A stretch of 64,000 nucleotides of DNA, taken from Erysipelotrichaceae bacterium (GTDB taxonomy: Bacteria > Bacillota_I > Bacilli_A > Erysipelotrichales > Erysipelotrichaceae). The stretch is from positions 13,514 through 77,513 of the forward strand of contig JAFUCG010000127.1 in NCBI GenBank assembly GCA_017459795.1, in the 5' to 3' direction. Under the pieces are notes generated by a model that made no database searches, was not told where the DNA came from, and worked only from the letters and a program-made list of their open reading frames with translations. Below, piece by piece: positions 27,682 through 37,273 of this stretch (positions within the stretch are counted from its first letter, which is position 1; every line of letters starts with the position of its first letter). The position numbers were made by a program, and so were the translations under genes.

Positions 27682-28704
27682 TTAAAGTAATTCTTTCAGA
27701 CAACTTATGAGTGTATCAACATCTTCCTTCTTGCTGGCAAATGATGTGACTAATCTGATTACTGTTTCAGTTTCTCCTGGTTCCCAAACCTCAAACTCAA
27801 ACTTATTCTTTAATACTTCAATCACTTCATTTTTCAGAATAATGAACTGCTGATTAGTTGGTGAATTCATGAAGAACTTAACACCTAATCCCTTTAGTTC
27901 TTCTTTCAGATACTGGGCAATTTCATTCTCATGTTTAGCTAATCTGAAAAACAGATCATCAGTGAACAGGCAGTCATACTGCACGCCGAGAATATATCCT
28001 TTAGCTAATAATGCACCTTTCTGTTTCATCAGGTTTCTGAAATATGGCTTTAAATCGTCATTGACTATTACCATTGCTTCACCGATCATGCCACCATTCT
28101 TTGTTGCACCAATATAGAAGCAGTCACAGATGTTTGTTAAGTCATTCAGTGTCAGATCATTTCCCTGACAGGTCAATGCAGCACCTAGTCTTGCCCCATC
28201 CATGTACAGGTATAAGCCGTACTTATCACAGACTTTTCTTAAAGCCAGTAACTCCTCTTTGGAATAAATTGTACCTATTTCTGTTGAGTTGGAAATATAT
28301 ACTGCACCAAGTCTGATCATATGTTCGTCAGTTCTTGAAGCCGCAAGTTTATCCAGATCTTCAGCTGACATCTTGCCGTTATGAGAAGGCAATGTTTCTA
28401 CCTTATGGCCTGTTGCTTCTACTGAAGCACTTTCATGAACATTGATATGTCCTGTTTCAACCGCAACAACAGCCTGATATGGTCTTAAGATGCCATCGAT
28501 CATAACCAGATTAGCTTGTGTACCGCCCACAAGAAAATGAATATCTACATCATCTCTCTGCAAATACTTCTTTATCTTTTCCTTAGCACTGTCACATATT
28601 TCATCCAGGCCATATCCATTGAATGAACATGCCTGTAATTCACATAGTCTGTTTAAAATCTCAGGAGCAGCTATCTGGCTGTAATCGTTTCTGAAAGTAA
28701 TCAT
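27682..28704 (-). CDS. Low-specificity L-threonine aldolase / beta-eliminating lyase family PLP enzyme
   Basis: 340 aa. It has the N-terminal FRNDY start, GGTQANL, and a candidate PLP-lysine context IGATKNGG. Confidence 0.75.
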   Translation of the reverse strand: MITFRNDYSQIAAPEILNRLCELQACSFNGYGLDEICDSAKEKIKKYLQRDDVDIHFLVGGTQANLVMIDGILRPYQAVVAVETGHINVHESASVEATGHKVETLPSHNGKMSAEDLDKLAASRTDEHMIRLGAVYISNSTEIGTIYSKEELLALRKVCDKYGLYLYMDGARLGAALTCQGNDLTLNDLTNICDCFYIGATKNGGMIGEAMVIVNDDLKPYFRNLMKQKGALLAKGYILGVQYDCLFTDDLFFRLAKHENEIAQYLKEELKGLGVKFFMNSPTNQQFIILKNEVIEVLKNKFEFEVWEPGETETVIRLVTSFASKKEDVDTLISCLKELL

Positions 28705-28786
28705 TATATATACCTCTTTTCTACAATATAACCCCCTGGCAATGTAATTGCAATTATTTTAATCTGGGTTATAATCTTATTATTAG

Positions 28787-28884
28787 CAGAAAGTTTTATG
28801 GTGCGTTAAGTGCTGGTGATAAGGGAAGTTAATCACCGGACGAAAAGATTTTTCTTGCGGTACCATAGAGTGTCCCACTGTTAC
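28787..28884 (+). promoter_or_regulatory. THF (folT-motif) riboswitch
   Basis: AUGGU-GCGUUAAGUG-CUGGUGAU-AAGGGAAG-UUAAUCACCGG-ACGAA...GCGG-UACCAU...GUCCCAC. This matches the conserved GCGUUAAGUG / GGGA / ACGAA / GCGG blocks and helices of the THF riboswitch, and it lies directly upstream of a folT-type gene. Confidence 0.8.
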
Positions 28885-28935
28885 ATATTCCCTTATGTAG
28901 CACTGAAAAGAATGCTAACGAAAGGAAGAGAGAAT

Positions 28936-29460
28936 ATGTTTAAGCAATCATTAAATGAATTTTCCAAGACGAGGAACATCGTCATTATGGCAATGCTCTG
29001 TGCTGTTAACGTCGTTACCAGCTGGATCTCCATTCCATTGTCAGATACTCTGAAGATTACCTTCTCATTTCTGTCAATGTCATTGATCGGTCACCTGTTT
29101 GGACCAAGTTGTGGTGCAATATGTGGTCTGGCTCTTGATACCATCAAATTCATCATCAAGCCATCAGGACCATATAACCCTTTATGGGCCATTATAGAAA
29201 TGCTGGCAGGTATCATCTACGGTGTAATGCTCTATAAGAAAACAGCTACCATACAGCGTTGCTTCATCACAAAATTCATTGTCAGTCTGTTACTTAATGT
29301 TATTCTGACTCCACTGTTCCTGAGTTTCATGTATAGTAAGGGATTTATCTTCTATGCATCTTCAAGAGTTCTTAAGAACCTGATTCTCTGGCCAATAGAG
29401 TCGATGCTGATGTTTATCATCATGAACAGAATTGACGCCTACATGAAGACAAGATCATAG
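28936..29460 (+). CDS. folT: Folate-family ECF transporter S component
   Basis: 174 aa, about 5-6 TM segments, preceded by the THF riboswitch. The ATG at 28936 follows an AAAGGAAGAGAGA RBS. The ORF track start at 28810 would run through the riboswitch. Confidence 0.8.
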   Translation: MFKQSLNEFSKTRNIVIMAMLCAVNVVTSWISIPLSDTLKITFSFLSMSLIGHLFGPSCGAICGLALDTIKFIIKPSGPYNPLWAIIEMLAGIIYGVMLYKKTATIQRCFITKFIVSLLLNVILTPLFLSFMYSKGFIFYASSRVLKNLILWPIESMLMFIIMNRIDAYMKTRS

Positions 29461-29461
29461 T

Positions 29462-29486
29462 AAAACAGCGGCTGAACCGCTGTTTT
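29462..29486. terminator. Bidirectional terminator between folT and prfB
   Basis: AAAACAGCGG-ctgaa-CCGCTGTTTT. Confidence 0.85.
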
Positions 29487-30587
29487 CTATTTTATCTGAC
29501 TCTTTAGATATGCATAGATGAAATTATCAATTTCACCATTCATTACCTTATCAACATTACCTTCTTCATAATTGGTTCTGTGATCTTTTACCAAGGTATA
29601 TGGGCAGAATACATAACTTCTGATCTGTGAACCCCATTCAATGGCCTTCTGTTCGCCCTTTATGGCAGCCATCTTACTTTCCTGTTCTTCAATGTATCTC
29701 TGATACAGTTTACTCTTAAGCATGTTGAGAGCTTGTTCCTTATTCTGGATCTGGCTTCTCTCTGACTGACATGTCGTAACTATGCCTGTAGGCTTATGAA
29801 TGATACGGACAGCTGAATCAGTTTTATTAATGTGCTGACCGCCGGCACCTGATGCTCTGTGTGTTTCAATTTCAATATCTTCCGGTTTAATGTCTATCTG
29901 AATGTCATCATTGAATTCAGGGGCTACATCCAGTGAAGCAAATGAGGTATGTCTTCTGCCTGAAGCATCAAACGGTGAGATTCTTACCAGTCTGTGCACA
30001 CCTCTTTCACCCTTTAAGTAGCCATAGGCCAAAGGACCTTCAACCTTGAATGTGACTGACTTGATACCGGCTTCTTCACCATCCAGCCAATCAAGTACCG
30101 TTACCTTATAGCCCTTATTTAAGGCATAACGGCTGTACATTCTGTATAGCATCATTGCCCAGTCCATGCTCTCGGTACCGCCAGCTCCAGGATGAAGCTC
30201 TAAAATGGCATTGTACTGATCATATGGGTGTGATAAGAGAACCTGGATCTCAAAATCCTCATATTCCTTGGTAACATCATTAAACTCACTTTCAACTAAG
30301 GCAAACATTTCTTCATCAAAGTCTTCCTTAAGCATTTCCAGAGAATCACTTATTTCATTCATCTGTCTTGTCAGCTTATTGTAGTTGGTAATGAGTTCCT
30401 TCTGACTGTTGGCTTCCTGAATTAAGGTCTGAGCCTTTCTGGTATCATTCCAGAAACCGTCAGCCAACTGCAGTTTATCTATTTCGTCAATTCTTGCCTG
30501 TCTTGAAGCCAGGTCAAAGTGAATCACCTAACTTTTTCAGACGGTCAATGTTATCGGTAAGCTGCTGTCTGATTTCATACAGTTCCA
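29487..30587 (-). CDS. prfB: Peptide chain release factor 2, expressed via programmed +1 frameshift
   Basis: Frame 0 reads [27 protein letters not shown]. The +1 frame continues [11 protein letters not shown]... through the SPF and GGQ (SGAGGQH) motifs. Confidence 0.95.
30513..30530 (-). promoter_or_regulatory. RF2 autoregulatory +1 frameshift site
   Basis: The minus strand reads AGGTGATTCA CTT TGA C: an SD-like AGGTGA upstream of the canonical CUU UGA C slippery/stop context. Confidence 0.9.
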
Positions 30588-30590
30588 TAA

Positions 30591-32939
30591 TTACTTCCTT
30601 TCTCTGACCTCTATGCGGCAATTCATGCAGAAGTTAACAACTTCTCTGGCAATTGCGTTCATCATGTTTTCAAATAATTCGTAACCTTCAGCCGTATAAG
30701 CCTTTAATGGGTTATCCTGGGCATAGCTTCTTAAGTGAATGCCTTCTCTTAACTTGCTCATGGTATCGATGTGATCGATCCACTTTGCATCAATGATACG
30801 TAATACCATTGGCTTTTCAATACGCAGGAATTCTTCTCTGAACGGTTCGATCTTCTTTTCATAAGCAGACCATAATACATCAGCTACAGCCATTGGATAA
30901 TCTGCATTGTTATTAATAGAAGCGAATGCTTCAGCAGCTTCATCTTCATCTGCGTTCATCTTCCAGATGGCTTCCTTCAAGCCTTCAGTATTTACAACCG
31001 GATTACGGCCTGAATGGTCTGTATAGTTATCTACGATTTCTTCAGAAATTCGTTCAAACATTCCTCTTACGATACCGTGAACATCATTGTTCTCCAATAC
31101 TTCATCTCTCTGTTCATAGATGGTTTCACGCTGCTGACGTAATACATCATCGTATTCCAATAATGTCTTACGAATGTCGAAGTTCATGCCTTCAACTCTC
31201 TTCTGAGCACTTTCAATGGCCTTTGATACCATCTTTGATTCAATGGCAGTATCACCTAACTGGTTAAACATGCCCTGAACTCTGTCAGTACCGAAACGTA
31301 CCATTAAGTCATCATCAAGTGATACATAGAAACGTGAATATCCAGGGTCACCCTGACGTCCAGAACGACCTCTTAACTGGTTATCAATACGTCTTGATTC
31401 ATGTCTTTCAGAACCGATAACTGCCAGACCGCCAAGTTCAGCAACACCAGGTCCTAACTTAATGTCAGTACCACGGCCTGCCATGTTGGTGGCGATAGTT
31501 ACGGCACCCTTTACACCGGCCTTGGCAATGATTTCAGCTTCACGCTTATGGTTTTTCGCATTTAATACTTCATGTCTGATCTTACGCTGATTGAACATCT
31601 TGCTTAAGAATTCAGATACTTCAACGGAAATGGTACCAACTAATACCGGCTGGCCAGCGTTATGTCTTTCAATGACTTCCTGAGTCAGAGCTTCAAACTT
31701 AGCCTTCTTAGTTGCGTAAATGGCATCAGGTAAGTCCTGTCTGATAACCGGCTTATTTGTTGGAATCTCAGTAACACGCATGTTGTAAATTGAAAGGAAT
31801 TCCTCTTCTTCAGTCTTAGCTGTACCAGTCATACCTGCCAGTTTATTATAAAGACGGAAGAAGTTCTGATATGTAATGGTTGCCAGTGTTGTGGTTTCCT
31901 GCTTGATAGGAACATTTTCCTTGGCTTCAATGGCCTGATGCAGGCCGTCAGAGAATACTCTGCCTTCCATGATACGGCCGGTAAACTGGTCAACGATGAA
32001 TACCTGCTTATCTCTTACCAGATATTCAACCTCATTGCTCATGGTATAGTTTGCCTTTAAGGCCTGGTTAATATGGTGTACCAGCTGAGTGTGATCAGGA
32101 GTGAACAGGTTTTCAACCTTGAAGTTCTTTTCAGCCTTCGCTACACCTTCCTCAGTTAAGGCAACGGACTTTGACTGTACATCAATGGTATAGTCTTCAT
32201 CTTCCTTTAGCTTCTTAACGAACTTATCAGCTGCGATGTAGAAGTTAGCCGTATCCTTCTTACCGCCGGAAATGATCAACGGTGTTCTGGATTCATCAAT
32301 GAGAATTGAGTCAACTTCATCGACCAGGGCCATGTTCAAGCCTCTTAATACACGGTCTTCAATTCTGGTTACCATGTTATCTCTCAGATAGTCAAAACCT
32401 AATTCTGAGTTTGTGGTATATGTAATGTCACAGTTATAAGCCTGACGCTTTTCATTGTTATTCATGCCATGTCTGTTCAAGCCTACTGTCAAACCAAGGA
32501 ATTCATGGATCTTACCCATCCACTTGGCGTCACGTTCAGCCAGGTATTCGTTTACGGTAATGACATGGACACCCTTGCCTTCAAGAGCGTTTAAATATAC
32601 CGGTAAAATGGATGTCAGAGTCTTACCTTCACCAGTTTTCATTTCAGCAATATCGCCATTATGTAAAACGATGCCGCCCATTAACTGAACGCGGTAAGGA
32701 TATTCGTTTATTACTCTTTTAGCTGCTTCTCTGACAACCGCAAAAGCTTCCGGCATGATGTCATCCAGGGTCTTGCCCTGAGCCAGAAGTTCTCTGAAAT
32801 ACGGTGTCTTGGCAGCCAGTTCATCATCATCAAGATCATGCATTTCAGCTGCATACTTTTCTATTTCATCAACTTTTTTCTCTAATGCCTGTATTTCACG
32901 GGCATTGCTGTTAAATAATCTTTCAAAAAAACCTGCCAT
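30591..32939 (-). CDS. secA: Preprotein translocase ATPase SecA
   Basis: 782 aa with MKTGEGKT Walker A, the DEVDSILIDE DEAD-like box and TNMAGRGTDI. Confidence 0.97.
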   Translation of the reverse strand: MAGFFERLFNSNAREIQALEKKVDEIEKYAAEMHDLDDDELAAKTPYFRELLAQGKTLDDIMPEAFAVVREAAKRVINEYPYRVQLMGGIVLHNGDIAEMKTGEGKTLTSILPVYLNALEGKGVHVITVNEYLAERDAKWMGKIHEFLGLTVGLNRHGMNNNEKRQAYNCDITYTTNSELGFDYLRDNMVTRIEDRVLRGLNMALVDEVDSILIDESRTPLIISGGKKDTANFYIAADKFVKKLKEDEDYTIDVQSKSVALTEEGVAKAEKNFKVENLFTPDHTQLVHHINQALKANYTMSNEVEYLVRDKQVFIVDQFTGRIMEGRVFSDGLHQAIEAKENVPIKQETTTLATITYQNFFRLYNKLAGMTGTAKTEEEEFLSIYNMRVTEIPTNKPVIRQDLPDAIYATKKAKFEALTQEVIERHNAGQPVLVGTISVEVSEFLSKMFNQRKIRHEVLNAKNHKREAEIIAKAGVKGAVTIATNMAGRGTDIKLGPGVAELGGLAVIGSERHESRRIDNQLRGRSGRQGDPGYSRFYVSLDDDLMVRFGTDRVQGMFNQLGDTAIESKMVSKAIESAQKRVEGMNFDIRKTLLEYDDVLRQQRETIYEQRDEVLENNDVHGIVRGMFERISEEIVDNYTDHSGRNPVVNTEGLKEAIWKMNADEDEAAEAFASINNNADYPMAVADVLWSAYEKKIEPFREEFLRIEKPMVLRIIDAKWIDHIDTMSKLREGIHLRSYAQDNPLKAYTAEGYELFENMMNAIAREVVNFCMNCRIEVRERK

Positions 32940-33065
32940 GAAAAATTACCTCCATACTCAATAATTCTACCATATAAGCCTTAGTTTTAAAAATCAAAAA
33001 AAGCGTCTCTAATAGGCCTATAATGATTTATCCGGCCAATTCCTAAGAAATGTACACTTTGTTAT

Positions 33066-33102
33066 GAAAAAAGGCCGTGAATCGAATTAATTCAGACCTT
33101 TT
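33066..33102 (-). terminator. Rho-independent terminator after the MBL-fold gene pair
   Basis: The minus strand reads AAAGGTCTGAAT-taattcg-ATTCACGGCCTTT followed by TTTTT. Confidence 0.7.
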
Positions 33103-33109
33103 AAGCAAT

Positions 33110-33838
33110 CTATTCCTTATTGATACATGGCAGACGATATTTCAGCAAGGCTGTATTAATGGCCTTTATTAACACGTTGCTTCCATTCTGCATGCACGCC
33201 TGGTGATGACCTGGAAGAATGATGTCACACTTTAGCTCAGCCATTCTCAGAATGGACTTAAAGTTCTTTTCAGCGTCAAAATCCTCTGCGCCTTCCCAGC
33301 CTAAAACCGTATCCTTACAGTCTTCGGTAATTCCTATGACATCCCCAACAAACAGAACTGTTTCTTCCCCCTCTTTATATTCAAAGATTATTGAACCGTC
33401 AGTATGGCCATCTACTGCGTAGAATTTCAGTTTTACACCGTCAAGATCCAATTCATCATTGTCTTTGATACGTATGTCTACTTTACAAGGGTCATAATCT
33501 CTTTCTGGCTGGAATGGACTGAAATCCATTACTTCATTCAATGTTCCTGATTCAATAGAGTCTGCATCACCTTCACCACAGATTATCTTTGCTCCATTTT
33601 GTTGCAAATAAGCCGCATTACCAATATGGCCAAAATGCTTGTGGGTAAGTATTACATGAGAAACTGGCAGTTTATCAAGGCCAAATCTTCTCAGATTTTC
33701 TCTTATTACTTCCAGATCCTTTTCATTCTCAGCACAGTCAACCATGATGAGACTGTTTTCACTTTTTATGACATAGACATTGGCTAAATTCGCATACATT
33801 GGACCTAAGACCTGATAGATATGATCACTTATCTGCAT
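33110..33838 (-). CDS. MBL-fold metallo-hydrolase (variant motif THKHFGH)
   Basis: MBL pattern: THKHFGH, DGHTDGS, GD and PGHH. Confidence 0.8.
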   Translation of the reverse strand: MQISDHIYQVLGPMYANLANVYVIKSENSLIMVDCAENEKDLEVIRENLRRFGLDKLPVSHVILTHKHFGHIGNAAYLQQNGAKIICGEGDADSIESGTLNEVMDFSPFQPERDYDPCKVDIRIKDNDELDLDGVKLKFYAVDGHTDGSIIFEYKEGEETVLFVGDVIGITEDCKDTVLGWEGAEDFDAEKNFKSILRMAELKCDIILPGHHQACMQNGSNVLIKAINTALLKYRLPCINKE

Positions 33839-34575
33839 AGAGATTCCTCCACTTTCAAAGGATGACGGTTATGATTATTTACAATATCCAGCCTGCATCT
33901 TAACCAGGCCCCAAAGAACTCTCTGTAGGCGTGATATAAACATACTTCACCATGCCCCGGTAACAGTACTTCGGCATTCATTGTCGATATCTTCTTCATA
34001 GTTTCAATAAATTTTTCCTCATCATAGTCAAAACCACCTGTCCAGCCAAAGCGAACCTTGTGGCACAGTTCTTCTAATAGTATGGTGTCACCGCTGAATA
34101 CAACATCAACATCATTAATGTGAAGCTGATAAAATACCGAACCATCTGAATGACCGGGTGTATGGATCACCTTTACCTGTATGCCTTCCAGATCCAGAAC
34201 ATCTCCATCCCGAACCTTCATGTCTGCTTCAAAGGTCTCAAAGGAAGCTTCAGGAAAACGGTATGAGCCAATACTGTAGCCGCCTCTGATTATTGCGTTA
34301 GCTGCACTTTCATGGGCAATGATCTTTGCACCGTTATCCTGAAACCATTTCCCATTGAAGACATGTTCAATGTGTTCATGGGTCAACAGTACATATCTGA
34401 CAGGCTTGTTCTGTAAGTGGAACCTCTGAATGTTCTTAAATATCAGTTCCCTGTCTTTCTGTCCAAAACCGGTATCTACCAGTATAAGGAAGCTTTCTGC
34501 TTCTATCACAAATATGTTCTGATAAGAGCCATACATGTTACCGGCAACTTGATAAACATTTGGTAAAAGCCTCAT
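33829..34575 (-). CDS. MBL-fold metallo-hydrolase (variant motif THEHIEH)
   Basis: MBL pattern: THEHIEH, TPGHSDGS, SGD and PGHG. It overlaps the downstream paralog by 10 nt. Confidence 0.8.
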   Translation of the reverse strand: MRLLPNVYQVAGNMYGSYQNIFVIEAESFLILVDTGFGQKDRELIFKNIQRFHLQNKPVRYVLLTHEHIEHVFNGKWFQDNGAKIIAHESAANAIIRGGYSIGSYRFPEASFETFEADMKVRDGDVLDLEGIQVKVIHTPGHSDGSVFYQLHINDVDVVFSGDTILLEELCHKVRFGWTGGFDYDEEKFIETMKKISTMNAEVLLPGHGEVCLYHAYREFFGAWLRCRLDIVNNHNRHPLKVEESLCR

Positions 34576-34695
34576 ATTCCCTCCTTTAAAATATGTTTTT
34601 TCTGTTATGGTTATATTTTAACATTTTACATATATACTCTCCATAACATCGACTTATTGTCTATACATTTTATAAATTATTGATCTGATGAAGCA

Positions 34696-34722
34696 TAAAA
34701 AAAGAGCCGTTTTCAGGCTCTT
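34696..34722 (-). terminator. Rho-independent terminator after csp
   Basis: The minus strand reads AAGAGCC-tgaaaac-GGCTCTT followed by TTTTT. Confidence 0.85.
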
Positions 34723-34737
34723 CGTTAGAAATAATTA

Positions 34738-34935
34738 TTAGAGTTTAACTATATGTTTAGCTTGCAGACCGCGTTCTGTTTCGACCTGTTCAAATTCTAC
34801 TTCAGCACCGTCTTCAATAGTCTTGAAACCTTCCATAACTAATTCTGAGTAGTGAAAGAATACATCCTTGCCATCATCCTTAGTGATGAAACCATATCCT
34901 TTCTCCTTGTTGAATTTTTTTACTTTTCCCTGCAT
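34738..34935 (-). CDS. Cold-shock protein (CspA family)
   Basis: MQGKVKKFNKEKGYGFI...DVFFHYS carries the RNP1/RNP2 motifs. 65 aa when started at the internal ATG. Confidence 0.93.
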   Translation of the reverse strand: MQGKVKKFNKEKGYGFITKDDGKDVFFHYSELVMEGFKTIEDGAEVEFEQVETERGLQAKHIVKL

Positions 34936-35023
34936 TTTAATACCGCATCCTATACCTTTCTGTCTAAAAAAAGACACATTTATTATAAAGTCTTACATTT
35001 CGTTTGTAAATAATAATGCCTTT

Positions 35024-35638
35024 TTACAGAAACCGCCTGTTATAGCATGCCGTAAGAACTTTTATCTTATATCCTGAAGCGGCCAGAAATGAATAAGCGG
35101 CCTTGATCGTCTCCCCTGTTGTAAGTATGTCGTCAACCAGTAATACCTTGTTATTTCCTACCTTTAGAGGTTCATAGATAAGGTGACTTCTGATCTCATG
35201 ACGCCTTTTGAAATCAACCTCCTTCTGATCAAAATCATCCTTTTTCCTGAACATTTCCTCTTCCCTTAGATTTAATACACCAAACATCTTATTCACTGCC
35301 TTAAAGCCTCTCTTTTTGTTATTGGTAGTACTGCTTGGTACAGGAACAATGGTATATCCTCTGTACTTCCTTCTTAACTCATCAATGAAGGGATACATAA
35401 ATACCGGGAACAGTGCTTCATCAGACAGTTCCTTGTACTGAATGATCATTTCCCTTATTAAACCTTCATAGACAAACAGACTGTCGACTGTAATGTCACC
35501 AAGTTTTATTCTTTTTGGTCTGTAACTTATCTTATCCCGGCAGCTTTTACATATGACATCATCAACATAAAACATGTGCTTAAGTGAGGATTCCCTTCTT
35601 AATGACTTACCGCACCACAGACAGTAACAGTCAATCAT
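35024..35638 (-). CDS. comFC: ComF operon protein C (phosphoribosyltransferase-like competence protein)
   Basis: N-terminal CxxC...CxxC and a C-terminal PRTase motif VLLVDDILTTGET. It overlaps the comFA 3' end. Confidence 0.85.
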   Translation of the reverse strand: MIDCYCLWCGKSLRRESSLKHMFYVDDVICKSCRDKISYRPKRIKLGDITVDSLFVYEGLIREMIIQYKELSDEALFPVFMYPFIDELRRKYRGYTIVPVPSSTTNNKKRGFKAVNKMFGVLNLREEEMFRKKDDFDQKEVDFKRRHEIRSHLIYEPLKVGNNKVLLVDDILTTGETIKAAYSFLAASGYKIKVLTACYNRRFL

Positions 35639-36767
35639 TATTAGCCCTCACAATGCCTGAAACACAGTTATCTATACTCCTTTGTCTAGATTCACACAGA
35701 AACAGACAGTCACCGGTAGGATAATTGATGTTACGGCCAACTCGGCCTGATATCTGTGTTAATGATGCATCGTCAAACACGCCATTATCTGCCTTATATA
35801 CCAATACCTGAACATTTGAGAAAGTAACACCTCTTTCCAGAATGTTTGTGGAAAACAGCACTCTGTATTTGTCATCCTTGAAGTCCTGAATGATCTGGTC
35901 CTTATTTTCAGAAGTACTGTCGATGTTATTGCATGAAACAAACAGACTCAGCAGTTTTTTCATTCTTGCTCCAAGCTTCTTACTTGGAATGAATATCAGT
36001 ACCTTTCTGTTCATTTCCAGTTCCTTTTTCAGCCACAGGATCCCCTGTAACAAGAGGTATGGCTTAACTCCATATAAGACTTCAGGTTCACACAATGGGA
36101 AGCCATGCGGTCTTTTTGAAAGGTACAGATATTCTACCTTGCGCTCAACAACCAGATTCTTAAGCTCCTCATCGGGAGTTGCGGTAAGATAAACCGTTGA
36201 ACCCTTACAGGCATGTCTGGCAATGCCCTTTAAGGTATCGTTGCCCTTAAATGGAAAGGCATCTGGCTCATCTATTATCAATACGTCAAAGTAGTCATTG
36301 TATCTGTATAACTGATGAGTAGTACAGACAACCAGATCAGCCATCGTAACACTGGTATAACCCTGACATACCGGTATTACCGTTATGTTGGTGAAGGCCT
36401 TTGAAAGTCTTTCCGCTATCTCAATTACGACCTGCCTTCGGGCAATGGTAAAGCCTACCTTTCTGCCCTTTCTTAACTGATCAGATACCATCTCGAAGAT
36501 GATTTCCGTCTTGCCGGCACCACAGACAGCTTCAAGTAAGACGCTCTTTCCTTCATTAACATACTCCGTCAGTTTATGTGATACATGTTTCTGCTTGTCA
36601 GTCAGATCAAACTTCAGCTGATACTCACTGTCCACTATTCTTGTGGTAATTTCCGGAAGCTTAACATCTCCAAACTTTATGCACCTACGACAATATATTC
36701 CTCTTTCACCCTTGTAAAAATACTTTTCATCCTTATTGTCACACCTACTGCACTGAAAACCACCTCT
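35631..36767 (-). CDS. comFA: ComFA-type DEAD/DEAH helicase; the 5' end is problematic (no canonical start for the zinc-ribbon region)
   Basis: Helicase motifs CGAGKTE, IIDEPD and SGRVGR. The ORF track starts at GTG 36635, but the in-frame upstream codons 36636..36767 encode FQCSRCDNKDEKYFYKGERGIYCRRC, the ComFA zinc ribbon. See findings. Confidence 0.75.
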   Translation of the reverse strand, partial: RGGFQCSRCDNKDEKYFYKGERGIYCRRCIKFGDVKLPEITTRIVDSEYQLKFDLTDKQKHVSHKLTEYVNEGKSVLLEAVCGAGKTEIIFEMVSDQLRKGRKVGFTIARRQVVIEIAERLSKAFTNITVIPVCQGYTSVTMADLVVCTTHQLYRYNDYFDVLIIDEPDAFPFKGNDTLKGIARHACKGSTVYLTATPDEELKNLVVERKVEYLYLSKRPHGFPLCEPEVLYGVKPYLLLQGILWLKKELEMNRKVLIFIPSKKLGARMKKLLSLFVSCNNIDSTSENKDQIIQDFKDDKYRVLFSTNILERGVTFSNVQVLVYKADNGVFDDASLTQISGRVGRNINYPTGDCLFLCESRQRSIDNCVSGIVRANND

Positions 36768-36802
36768 TCAATAATCTATAGGCAGAAGTCTGGCTTTCAC
36801 CT

Positions 36803-36830
36803 AAAAAAGACTCAGCACTAAAGCTGAGTC
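36803..36830 (-). terminator. Rho-independent terminator overlapping the stop codon of the PTP gene
   Basis: The minus strand reads GACTCAGC-tttagt-GCTGAGTC followed by TTTTTT. Confidence 0.8.
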
Positions 36831-37273
36831 AGATAATCATATAAACTATTCAGGCTTGATCTTAATTCTTCATATGTCTTCTCAAAGTTTCTGGTATACC
36901 ATGGGTCCGCGATCTCACTTTTCTCACCTATGAACTGCTTCATCAGAAATACCTTGTGGTAAGGATCATTGCCAAACACTCTGAGCATGTTTCTGATATT
37001 CCATTCATCCATGCCAATCAGATAATCAAACTCCTGATAGTCTTTCTTAACGATCACTCTGGAATGGTGATTACCAGGTTCTATGCCGTGTTTACACAAG
37101 ACATCCTTAGCAGCGTAATACATCGTATTGCCCTCTTCTTCATAACTTGTGGCGGCTGAATCTATGTAATAGTTTTCCAATTCACCTTTTCTTTTCAACA
37201 GTTCCTTGAACATGGCTTCGGCCATCTGACTGCGGCAAATATTGCCATGGCAAACGAATAGGATTTTTATCAT
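36818..37273 (-). CDS. Low-molecular-weight protein-tyrosine phosphatase
   Basis: CHGNICRS (CX5R-S P-loop) at the N-terminus and a DPWY-type Asp loop near the C-terminus. Confidence 0.9.
   Translation of the reverse strand: MIKILFVCHGNICRSQMAEAMFKELLKRKGELENYYIDSAATSYEEEGNTMYYAAKDVLCKHGIEPGNHHSRVIVKKDYQEFDYLIGMDEWNIRNMLRVFGNDPYHKVFLMKQFIGEKSEIADPWYTRNFEKTYEELRSSLNSLYDYLTQL

Noticed and set aside
36768-36770. I considered whether the in-frame TGA in comFA means TGA=Trp (genetic code 4, as in Mollicutes relatives).
   Set aside because: RF2, which decodes UGA, is present with a UGA-dependent frameshift site. Genes in this window such as yvcK also terminate at TGA at the expected length. Code 11 therefore applies, and the TGA in comFA is a genuine stop or an error.
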